From the NCBI GenBank assembly GCA_030167865.1, contig JALAGF010005687.1, forward strand, positions 1 to 56,197: 56,197 nucleotides of DNA. Direction: 5' to 3'. Made by a program: the position numbers and the translations under genes. Position 1 is the first letter of the stretch, and every line of letters starts with the position of its first letter. Positions 46,370 through 56,197 of the stretch are shown in pieces. A model generated the notes under the pieces. It searched no databases. It was not told where the DNA came from and worked only from the letters and a program-made list of their open reading frames with translations. This DNA is from Craspedostauros australis. Lineage: Eukaryota.

Positions 46370-48118
46370 CAATGAGGTCGCAGCCGTTTTGGGCGCTGTC
46401 TTCTTGTCTGATATCTGATGTCTTCTGCGTTCTCGCTGTGCGAGCAGAGGGAGGGTTCGATGCTCGTTGTCACAGCAGGTTCTGCTTCACGATCGAACTC
46501 GGGCTGAAATCTGTCGCGGTTGGCTGAATCTGTATTCCTATGCGCAACGGTGCGGAAGTCTGCAGATATCTCTCACTCTGCTTGTAATCGCAATCGCAAT
46601 CGTATCCGTGCCTGTCTCTGTGCCTGGATCCGTAGCGTCTGGAAGGCTGATCGATACTCCACAGCAGCAGCAGCAGGAGTCGTTGCAGCGTAACGCCAAG
46701 TCTCTTCCTCTTGAATACGAGCCTGCAGCTTTCCTTGGCGTAGATTCTCACAACAGAGTTTGTCCAAGGCTGTCTGTGTGTGGTGTTCGTGTGGCACTCG
46801 TGGAGCAGCTGCGCAGCAGAGACTTTCCTGCGTCAGCCGTCTTCACTTCGATTCGCCCAGATGGATGCAAGTCAACGCAAGTTTAACGCCAGGAGTGACG
46901 CGATGCGGTGCGATGCGAGGTGCTGTATGGACTTCTTGTTTGGTTCTTGATGGGTTTGATTCTGTTGTTGTTGTTGTTGGTTGATGTTGGTTGATGTGTT
47001 TGTTGTTCCCTCAACAGCTGCTCTTCACTGCCCCTTTGCAAGTGTTGTCTTCTGTCTTGGAGCCTTCGGATGTGTTGTCTTGGAAACGTGCTGATCTCTC
47101 TGTTGCTGCGCAAGAGTGTGGTGTCACAGCGAACGATGCAGACTGTATGATGTGGTGTGTGATGCGATGTGGAGAAATGCTCTGTTCTCGTGGCTCTCTC
47201 TTCGTTGATGTGTGCTGGTTGCTTTGGTTGTGCACAATCCCCACGCAATCCCCCTTAAAAAACAATCCATCCACTCCGTGGAATTCGTCTCCCTGTGTTT
47301 GCCTATTCGCTGCCCAACTGTGTCTTTGTGCGGAGCTTCATGTTGTGCGTCTCCCTCGTGTTCTCTTGTGGCGCTCTCTTTTTGTGCCAAACAACTTGTT
47401 TGCTCGAGGTGTTGATGTGAAGTCTCGGTAGACCTCGCAAGGCTGTCCCCAAAGAAGACAAATGCAGAAGATGCGACACGAATGAGCCAATCAGCGTAGC
47501 ATGATTGTTGACAGCCGGAGACAACTGGGTGTGTGTTCTGCGTTCAGTGATAATTCTTGGCATGTCTGTACTTAAGTGAATCGTATCGTTGCGACATGAC
47601 TGTTCTGTCTGGTGGGAGTCTGTCCACCAACGGAATGTCGCAATCGATGACATCCACACATTGCAAAAAGACTGCAGACACAACAAAGAAACATGGACGA
47701 CAACTCACAGCGCCTCACATTTTCCGGCAGCAATCGTGTTGGCTGTCTCCATCGTGGAAAAGGCGGCAGATGTTCCTTCGCTCTCCACACCGCTCTCCAC
47801 CAAACGCATCGCATTGACGACGTCGATGATGAGGCCTTGCGGTGGGCATTCATTCCATCAGGAGTACTCGTACGAGCATGTATGGTCTGACATCCTGGAG
47901 ATCAGCGACAACTCTGTCATGTTCGGCACTGCTTCTTGTGGATTTCTCTTGCCAGTCCTTTGAGAAGAGTGTTGCTTTGTTGTCGTACCATGTATCCATC
48001 ACCGTGATCGATACCATGGCCACGATATTCAATCTCCAATGTTCAACCTCCAATGTCCAATCTCCAATGTTCAATCTCCATTGTGGCACATAAACTTCAT
48101 CGCACCAACCTCCGCAGC

Positions 48119-50171
48119 TTACTCCTTCCACACCAGATTGTCAAAGCATTTCTTTCCTGTCTCCACTCCCAAGAACAGAGCCGCGTTGGCAGGAAAGGCG
48201 CGCACAAGAGTCGGCCCCAGACCGCTGTACAGACCGCGGATACCACGCTCTCTCGCGATCTTCACCAGCTCGGGGAAGTAGCTGCCCACCACCTTGGTCT
48301 CGTATCTGCTCTGGACGTTCGTCTTTGGCACGTCCAGCGGCTGGTGGATGCGATAGCAGTATGGCAGCGAATTTGTGACATGTGCGGTTGTGAGAATGCA
48401 CAATTGTATGTACGTGGAGCAGGACTGTGTGAGTGCCAAATGTACGAGTGTTCAGAGATGACTATCGCTGCCACCATCATTTCGATAGTTGTTGGAATCA
48501 TCACCATTCGGGTGCGATGCATTGACTTACCATGGCACATGCCCATCCGAACATACCGGCAAATCCACCACTGTCATTGATTATCGTCGAGTATGATGTG
48601 CACGCAGTATGAACATCCGCGTAGAGTGTGGATGAGATCATATCCCAGTCGAGTATACGAATTGTTGTGGTGATGTTCCAACACCATTTCGAACAGAGGA
48701 AGGATGGAGCATTAAAATGCCATCAACAATTGTCACAAAGGCGAATCAGACAAAGACAGAGTTAGAGCGGGCATTCAAACTTGCGCACCGTCAGAGTTGG
48801 CGTGGTATTCCATCCACTCAATCTTCAATGTGCGTGCAGGCAAACAAGCAAAATCACATCGACGAACAAGTGCATGTCGTACCTCAGAAAGTAGTTCAGC
48901 TCATCCGGCATCGATGGGATCAATGTTCGGAATGAGTAGCACAGCACTTCGTATCCTCCGAAGAAAACTGCGAAGCATAACATGGTATGGAATGAATTTG
49001 GTGGGCAAGAACAAAGAACGAGGCAACACAAATGTTGGGTCAGCAAGATGATGCAAGCGAAGCGCGCATTTGAGGCTTCAAATGGCGGATAGAGCCAGTG
49101 CAAATCCCTCAGTTCCATCTTTTCCGCACATCGTACACCGCCGCAAACACATCGCGCAACGCCACGCCACGTGTCGTTGTCCATTCCATTTTTCCGAGGA
49201 CGCCGCGTTACACTCACTCGCATAGAATGTGGAATCCCGAGACAGCTGCGCATCCAGTCCAGCAAAAATACCCCGAGGACCTCTGGCCTTCAATATCCTT
49301 TTCACAACTGCCTGCGGCGTGATACTTTCGCCCACCGCCACCTGCGTCTTGGCCTTGATCACTTCGCTTGGTAGCAGCACCATCGCAGAGAAACAACCAG
49401 TAATGGCACCCTGCATTGTAATCATTGTCGGTCATTTTTTAGTCGCCGGCGGTCGAAGAAGATTGAGAATGAGAATAAATGAGGTGAGATGATGCATCAG
49501 AGTCGTGCGGTATGGCGCGACAAGACGGTATGCAAATGTGATTACAAATACAAATACAATTGCAATGGTGACGGTGACGAGAGCGGGAAGTGTGCCAGTG
49601 GCGTTATCGGAGGATGTCGAGATGCGACCAACCCCCTCAAATACTGATTCAATAACACTTCGCTCTCGTAACTTCATACTCGTAAGTCAGAGCGTCAAAT
49701 CTCATGCGAATGACAACCGTCGGAGCATCAAACATCTGTCTTTCGTTTGCACCGTCGTACACGCATGCAGTCTTCTCAGAAAAGCCATGGTGTCATTCCG
49801 CATCTCGATCTTACCATCAAAAATGGCTTCGTCAAGCTGGGAAGGCCTTGCCTCTGCTGTTCCGCCGTTTGGGGTTCATCGGGGAAGGCCCGTTTCAAGG
49901 CCTCGTTGACGCCAAAGGCCATGCAATTCTCAGCGATCATACCGAAGGAGGTTGGCACCGCACCCTTCCACAGTGCTGGGATACCCTCGCTCTCAATGAC
50001 CTGCCTCGTGGAGGCCCACACCCCACTGTAAATCTCCGGCTGCGTTTGCATCCGAACCTTGATGGTATCCATTGGCTGTCCCACGTAGCAGCAGCAGACT
50101 GATCCGATGGCTGCCGAAAACAAGTCCCTCGATATGGCACGGGGGTCCGCGATGGACGAAGACCCGGACAT
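48119..50171 (-). CDS. Mitochondrial carrier (SLC25), ornithine/basic amino-acid carrier type; 5 exons (50171-49815, 49410-49218, 48967-48883, 48580-48531, 48340-48119)
   Basis: Three PX[DE]XXK signatures (PMDTIKVRMQ, PSEVIKAKTQ, PLDVPKTNVQ). IAEN, SRD and RAFPAN substrate-contact motifs resemble SLC25A15/ORT1. All four introns are GT..AG and phase-compatible. Confidence 0.9.
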
Positions 50172-50747
50172 GACTGCGGTGTGCTACGGGTATAGTACGT
50201 TGCTGCGGAATGATTGCAGGGAAACGGCAGGGCGTTGTTGTTGTTGATGCTGTCGTGAGTGCTGTCGTTGTCCTGGTTGTCAATGACTGCTCTTTCTCCA
50301 GCTTCTGGGTGGAATGTGTTCCGATTTACGAGTATAGTGAAGCAACTCGATTTAATGTTTGGTAGAGTTCAGGAATACTAAAACAATCCAAATCAATCCT
50401 CGAACAGCATTGGTGTGTCTTGCAATGTTGGAGCATGCGCTGGGATTGTACGAGGACTCTGCTCTCCTCTGCTCTGCGAGACTCTGTCGCAGAGTATCTC
50501 GTTCTGACAAAGCTTGTCGATGGTGCCCTTGGAGGTGTGTGGCGGATGGGGATGCGATGGATGCAGTGGATCGGATGGATGACACCGTTCGTGCGGAGTG
50601 GAGAGCACCAAATTGTTTGTTGTTCTCGTGCGCATGTCGTGAATGGTTTGATGCCTCAGGATGCTGTCCGGAATCAAGCGCTCTGAAGGGTTGGCGGTGA
50701 GATGTTCTGACGTTTTGACAAAAGGCCACACCCTCGTTGTGCGCGGA

Positions 50748-51156
50748 TTTCACGCGAAAGGCCAGCGGAATCAAGTCCCTTCGATTTGGTTGGCTCTCGA
50801 CAAACACTCGATGTTTGCGGGAACTCGACAACGCGAGTCACGTTCGTATTTCACGAATTTAGATTCGACTCATCAGAACATTTGTCTCTTGTCGCCACTC
50901 GCGAGTCTTGCATCAGTCTTGGGAGATGTGGTGAATCTCTCCGATTGTTGGCTTCGGAATGCCAATGTTCTGCAGGACTCATTGTTGTACACGTCTGACT
51001 TGTGCGACACCTGAATTGACAACATCGCGGTCTGAATTGCGTGAAATCGAGATCTGTCGGTTGATAACGTTATCATTGGTTGCTTAAACATCGATACCCC
51101 AATAAAGTTCATAACCAGTCTGGCGTGATGCGCCGGTCGTGACACGAGGTTTCACG
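50748..51156. promoter_or_regulatory. Candidate cis-regulatory cluster between the divergent carrier and SIT genes: four TTTCACG motifs plus palindrome TGATAACGTTATCA
   Basis: TTTCACG at 50748, 50849 and 51150 (+) and at 51040-51046 (-). Perfect 14-bp palindrome at 51062-51075. Function is inferred only. Confidence 0.4.
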
Positions 51157-51475
51157 GACTGTCTCCACATCTCTCTCATTTTTCAGTTTTCGATTGTGAT
51201 AACATGAGCAGCAGCACAAACACCCACAGCAACATCAACAACGAGAAAATGAACGAAACAGAGAGGATAAAGCGCAAACTCACATCAACACATTGTCGCA
51301 CACAAAGAAGCACTCTGCTCTGTAACCACACACACACACATACACACCTCCGAAGCATCAATCAAATATCGACGTCGAACTCTCCTCCTTCATCTCACAA
51401 TCTCAAATCTCGCAATCTCTGCAACGCTCAATCACAGCAACAACCAGAGTATCAACACAACAACAAACAAACAAG

Positions 51476-53136
51476 ATGGATCCCATTCAGCTCATCAAGT
51501 CGGTGTACTCCACCGGACTCCTCATCTTCTCGATCACCATCGTCTGTGGACTCATCTTCAATGAGCAGACTAAGGTCTCGTCCGAGGTCCACCCAGTGGT
51601 CGCCGTCGTCATCATGATCACGGCCCTCGTCTGGCTCAATATGGTGGAGGGAGGACAGGGTTCCCTTGTCGGTCTCCCACCAGTCGACCGCGACCTCTAC
51701 GTCGAATCCCACCCAACCGCCCACCAGTGCACCTCCCTCGCCCACAAGGGTGACAACCTCGATCGCTACCTCATGGGACGTCAGTTCATGGTCCTCCTCN
51801 NNNNNNNNNNNNNNNNNNNNNNNNNNNNNNNNNNNNNNNNNNNNNNNNNNNNNNNNNNNNNNNNNNNNNNNNNNNNNNNNNNNNNNNNNNNNNNNNNNNN
51901 NNNNNNNNNNNNNNNNNNNNNNNNNNNNNNNNNNNNNNNNNNNNNNNNNNNNNNNNNNNNNNNNNNTCCCTCTGCATGCTTGACTACATCAACAACTTCT
52001 TCGCCGTCTTCACCCTCTATGTCGCCCTCGCCATCGAGTTCTCCGGACTTTTGCACTCGTGCTACCTCGTCCAGATGTTCTTCGTCTGGGCCTCCGGCAA
52101 GGAAATCGAGTCCAAGGAACCACCACGTGACAGTGCCCAGAACCTCTTCTACTGGGGCCGTATCCTCATCTCCCTCGCCATCTTGTGCTACGCCATGGCC
52201 GTCACCCTCGTCGCCCTCTTCGATGGAAAGACCACCATGTGGGCCGGAGTGCCAAACGGAGTCGCTGTCATCCTCTTCTTCCTCTTCATGTCTATCGTCG
52301 GTATGCTCGAGGGTATGCAGATCGCCTTCTTTGCCGTCGCCAAGCTTCCAAAGGAGGAGCGTGGAGACCACCCAATGGCCCGCAAGACCTGCGAGCTCCT
52401 CTTCCGCGGTGACGGACGCAACCTTCCAGGATTCATGATCGGGCGTCAGATCTGTGTCACCATGTGCTTCTTCATCATCGCCCGTGTCACCACTCTCGAT
52501 GTCGAGGTCGGAACTGGCGAGAACATCTTCGGAGTCTCTGACAGCACCCAGGAATTCTTNNNNNNNNNNNNNNNNNNNNNNNNNNNNNNNNNNNNNNNNN
52601 NNNNNNNNNNNNNNNNNNNNNNNNNNNNNNNNNNNNNNNNNNNNNNNNNNTCCAACCCAATCGTCTACATCTTCCTCCAGTTCTGTCTGTTGTTGGAAGC
52701 CACCGGTATCTGCTCCGGAGCCTGGGTCCTTGCCTCCATTCACAAGGCCGTCTCTGGCTTCCAGCTCGATGAGGTGTACATCGGCACCCCAGAGGAGCGC
52801 GCTGCTGGCATGAAGCCAGACCACCAGAGCAACCGCAACATGCACCTTGGAACCAATGTGCTTGTCGGCGAGGCCGGTTCAACCGCCGTCCCACGCGAGT
52901 ACCTCGAGCTCCAGAAGGCTTTGGCGTCACAGAATGAGTCTTACTCCGTCCGCCGTGAGCGCATCCTGTCGAACATCAAGGGACTCCGCGAGGAGATCAA
53001 CTCGTGCAGCAACGAGGATGATGCCGCCGTCTTCGAGTCTGCTCTTCGCATGGAGACTGCAGCCATGAACAAGTTGAACCAGGAGGAGAACGACAGTGCC
53101 GCCGAGAGTGACGAGGAGATGGGTGTGCAGAAGTGA
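51476..53136 (+). CDS. SIT: Diatom silicon transporter (SIT), interrupted by two N-gaps (51800-51966, 52560-52650)
   Basis: Signature motifs MVEGGQGSLVGL, DNLDRYLMGRQFMV, CMLD, GMLEGMQIAFFAVAKL, NLPGFMIGRQ, LLLEATGICSGAW and FQLDEVYIGTPEER, plus a C-terminal coiled coil typical of pennate SITs. Confidence 0.96.
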
Positions 53137-53563
53137 ACATGTTGACAGTTGGTGCATCAAGGCGCAACGACAGCGCGCCGTACCAATCCATCAACACACC
53201 CGCACATGCATCACGCCGCCATCGGTATCTTTGAGATGCATCGCGAATCTCAGACCATGGCGCCGCTTGTTTCCAAGAGAGGAAAAGCGCAATCGCATGC
53301 CATACACGGAATCCGCCACAACACATCGCAACACATTGCAATGCATGGGTTAGACAGAGGTACCAGGACCTTGCAACACGAAGCGACGTTGAGCAGATTG
53401 CAGCAAAGTCTACCATAGTACAATAATTGTAGCCCACTGAGCGATAGTACCGTATCGACTGATTTACATCAGCGATGGATGTGAAGCACTTGGCAGCTGC
53501 TAAGAGAAACTACTTTGACGAGTGGTTGGTTGGTTCATTCTTGTCCGTTTTACAGCCATGCTC

Positions 53564-55543
53564 TCACCAAGGAAGAGTGGACAAGTAGTCGACAACATCA
53601 GTGTGGTCCTGCTTTTTCGCAATATCCAGCGCAGTCAAGCCACTGTTAGTCTTGATGCTGATGTCTGTGTTGCACGATTCCACCAAGTATATGACCACCT
53701 CCAATTGGCCATTCCAACTTGCCTTCCAAAGTGGTGTGTTGCCATACTTGTTTTGAATGTTGACTTCTGCGTTGCAGACTTCCGCCAAATACTGCACGAC
53801 CTCCAACCTACCATTGAAGCACGCTTGATGCAGTGCAGTGTTTCCAAACCTGTTGGTTTCAATGTTGACATCCACCTTGCCTTGTTCAACCAACAGCTTC
53901 ACAACGTCGAGATGACCACCGATACATGCATGATGGAGGATGGTGTCGCCACCCTGGTCTTTCACGTTCAAATCAACATTGGGTGCTGCGACCAGATACT
54001 TGACAACATCGGGGTGGTTGTGGTAACATGCCTTGTGGAGTGGAGTCTCGTGCTTGTTATCCTCAGCGTTGATATTGGCTTTGCGGGATTCAACCAGCCA
54101 CTTCACAACATCCAGATGCCCACGCGCGGTTGCGCGATGGAGCACGGTGTCGTCACCTTTGTGCCGCGAGTTAGGATCTATGCTTGGTGTTCCGATGAGA
54201 TACTTGACAATGTCGAAGTGGCTGTGGCCATATGCCTTGTAGAGTGGAGTCTCATGGTTGTAGTTCTCAGCATTGATGTTGGCTCCGCCTTGTTCAACCA
54301 GACACTTCACAATATCCAGAGATCCACGCGCGATTGCAAGATGGAGTGCAGTGAAGCCACCCATGTTGTCGGCGCGGGCGTTGATGATCACTTTGCCTGA
54401 GTCCACCAAAGGCTTCACCACATCCAGACGACCTTTCGCACTTGCGCAGTGAAGGGCAGTGTGGCCATCGTTGTTCTTGGCGTTGCCATCCACCTTCAGA
54501 TCGTCTGAGTTCAACAGGTACTCCATCATACCCAGATGAACTCCAGCACTTGCGCAGTGAAGCAAAGTGTCGCCATTCTCGTCTTTCGCATTGACGTCCA
54601 CCTGGCCTGACTCCGCCAACCATCTCACAACATCCAGATGACCTTGGGAATATGCAGACTCAAGAGCCGTGCCGCGAACCTCATTCTCAACATGAACATC
54701 TGCCTTGCACGACTTCACCAGGTACTCTGCAACATCCAAATGATCATTTCTGTAAGCAGCATGAAGCGCGGTATCGCCGTAATCGTTTTGGATGTCGATG
54801 GCCACAGCACGAGCCTCCGTCACATACTTCAAGATATCAAGATGACCTTTCAGACACGCATTGTGGATCGCAGTATTGCCGAAATCATCTTGCACATTGA
54901 CGTCCACTCCATGTGATCCAATGAGGTACTCGACAACATCCAAGTGCCCACGAAGACACGCGGCATGGAGGGCATTCTCACCCTTCTCATCTTGCACGCG
55001 AGCGCTTGCAGAATGTGACTCGATCAGAGTCTTCACGATGGCCACATGCCCCTCGGTGCATGCGTCGTGGAGTGCCGCCTTGCCGGAGTTATCCTGGAGG
55101 TTGACATCTGCAGCATGTGACCCGGCCAGGTATTCCACGACGTCAACATTGCCCTGTGCGCATGCATAGTGTAGCGCAGTCTCTCCATCCATGGATTGGG
55201 CATTGATGTCCGCTCCGCATGACTCCATCAACTGTTTGATCGTTTCAAGCTGACCGTTGGAGCATGCGAGGTGGAGTGAAGTCTTGTCGCGGTCATCCTT
55301 GATCGTGTCGATGGAGGTTTGTGGGAATGCCGTCTTCCATGCGGTGAGGATGTCCACATCTCCTCGTTCTGCGGCGCGCAGGAGATCCTGGTCGGTGACG
55401 GTCGGGCTGGATGCATCATCAGGGGTAAACTTGAGCGGAAAGAGAGACGGCGAGGCTGTGGATTGTGATGTCCGAACTTGGTGGTTGTGGTTGCGCAATG
55501 GTGAGACGAACAGCGCAAGGAGTGGAGGAAGGATGAAGACCAT
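53564..55543 (-). CDS. Ankyrin-repeat protein (~18 repeats) with a short hydrophobic N-terminus
   Basis: Repeating T(A/P)LH.AC..GHLDVVKYL...ADVN..D..G units across ~600 aa; intronless. Confidence 0.93.
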   Translation of the reverse strand: MVFILPPLLALFVSPLRNHNHQVRTSQSTASPSLFPLKFTPDDASSPTVTDQDLLRAAERGDVDILTAWKTAFPQTSIDTIKDDRDKTSLHLACSNGQLETIKQLMESCGADINAQSMDGETALHYACAQGNVDVVEYLAGSHAADVNLQDNSGKAALHDACTEGHVAIVKTLIESHSASARVQDEKGENALHAACLRGHLDVVEYLIGSHGVDVNVQDDFGNTAIHNACLKGHLDILKYVTEARAVAIDIQNDYGDTALHAAYRNDHLDVAEYLVKSCKADVHVENEVRGTALESAYSQGHLDVVRWLAESGQVDVNAKDENGDTLLHCASAGVHLGMMEYLLNSDDLKVDGNAKNNDGHTALHCASAKGRLDVVKPLVDSGKVIINARADNMGGFTALHLAIARGSLDIVKCLVEQGGANINAENYNHETPLYKAYGHSHFDIVKYLIGTPSIDPNSRHKGDDTVLHRATARGHLDVVKWLVESRKANINAEDNKHETPLHKACYHNHPDVVKYLVAAPNVDLNVKDQGGDTILHHACIGGHLDVVKLLVEQGKVDVNIETNRFGNTALHQACFNGRLEVVQYLAEVCNAEVNIQNKYGNTPLWKASWNGQLEVVIYLVESCNTDISIKTNSGLTALDIAKKQDHTDVVDYLSTLPW

Positions 55544-56112
55544 GATGGGGTTGGTGTGTTTCGAAAAGGGATGACTTGTTGCTGAGATCAGATCAATGCG
55601 ACGGGCTTTTTCGATGTGATTGGATGATTGCTTGGCTGATCGTAGTCCCTTGATCTCATCTCTGTCTGCTTTTTATGAAGCGATCATCTTCTGCTTCATG
55701 GTCGTTGGTGGTGGTATCCCGTGTTCTGTTTCACGCAGCGTGCATGGCATTGCGTTGATTGTTGCCTGGTGATGTTTCTCATTTCATATTGGTACCGCGA
55801 TGTCGCTGTGGTCACCCCCATCAACTTTGGCGTCAGCTTGAACATCAGCTTGAGCGTGGTCTTGAATATACTCTTGAACGTGATCGTGATCGTGGCCAGC
55901 CACAGAAGGAGAAAGTTGATCGTGGGCGAAGGTGTCGGAAGTCATCATTGTCCCAACATCCTTGGAATGTGGAGACGATCAAGGATCCTGCGAGCGTGGT
56001 ACGACTATGTTGCAAAGAATGCGAGTCGACACGAATCTGGAGAAACCGCTGGTGTTCCGTGTTGGATCGTGCCCGCTCTGTGGCGCCGAAATTGGTCACG
56101 GCTCCCTTCTGC

Positions 56113-56147
56113 ACTGCTGCTGCTGCTGCTGCTGCTGCTGTTGTTGT
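56113..56147. repeat. (CTG)n/(TTG)n trinucleotide microsatellite
   Basis: About 9 CTG units followed by TTG units. Confidence 0.8.
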
Positions 56148-56197
56148 TCTCATCTGTATTCCAGCAACGAACGATGGATTGGTTGCGTCCTCGTATA

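Noticed and set aside
51476..53136. SIT as a frameshifted pseudogene
   Set aside because: The frame change falls within an N-gap, all visible motifs are intact and codon bias is strong.
55845..56153. 102-aa minus-strand ORF at the window end
   Set aside because: It begins in a trinucleotide repeat and has no recognisable domain; coding status cannot be supported.

Overview
Eukaryotic nuclear DNA, almost certainly from a diatom and probably a pennate one. The evidence is a SIT silicon transporter with a C-terminal coiled coil, bipartite plastid-targeting presequences, GT-AG introns of about 190-400 bp and many microsatellites. About 17 protein-coding genes are supported: a prolyl-4-hydroxylase-like oxygenase (partial), two plastid 2Fe-2S ferredoxin-like proteins (one fused to PDZ), a UBA-like + MINDY-3/4-like protein, a small acidic protein, RNA Pol III RPC9, UFL1, a histidine acid phosphatase, a ~2900-aa PDZ/coiled-coil protein, a secreted Lys/Gly- and Cys-rich protein, TRAPPC13, an Lsi2-like transporter, serine palmitoyltransferase LCB2, a BSD protein, a CCT protein, a 5-exon mitochondrial carrier, a SIT and an ankyrin-repeat protein. 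The most notable signal is a possible silicon-handling neighbourhood. An Lsi2-like efflux transporter carries an extra membrane anchor and three RXL pro-peptide motifs, as seen in diatom biosilica/SDV proteins. About 18 kb away, a SIT importer sits head-to-head with an ornithine-type mitochondrial carrier across a spacer containing four TTTCACG motifs and a 14-bp palindrome. Family calls come from motif recognition by eye; no database searches were run. No RNA genes, CRISPR arrays or transposons were recognised.
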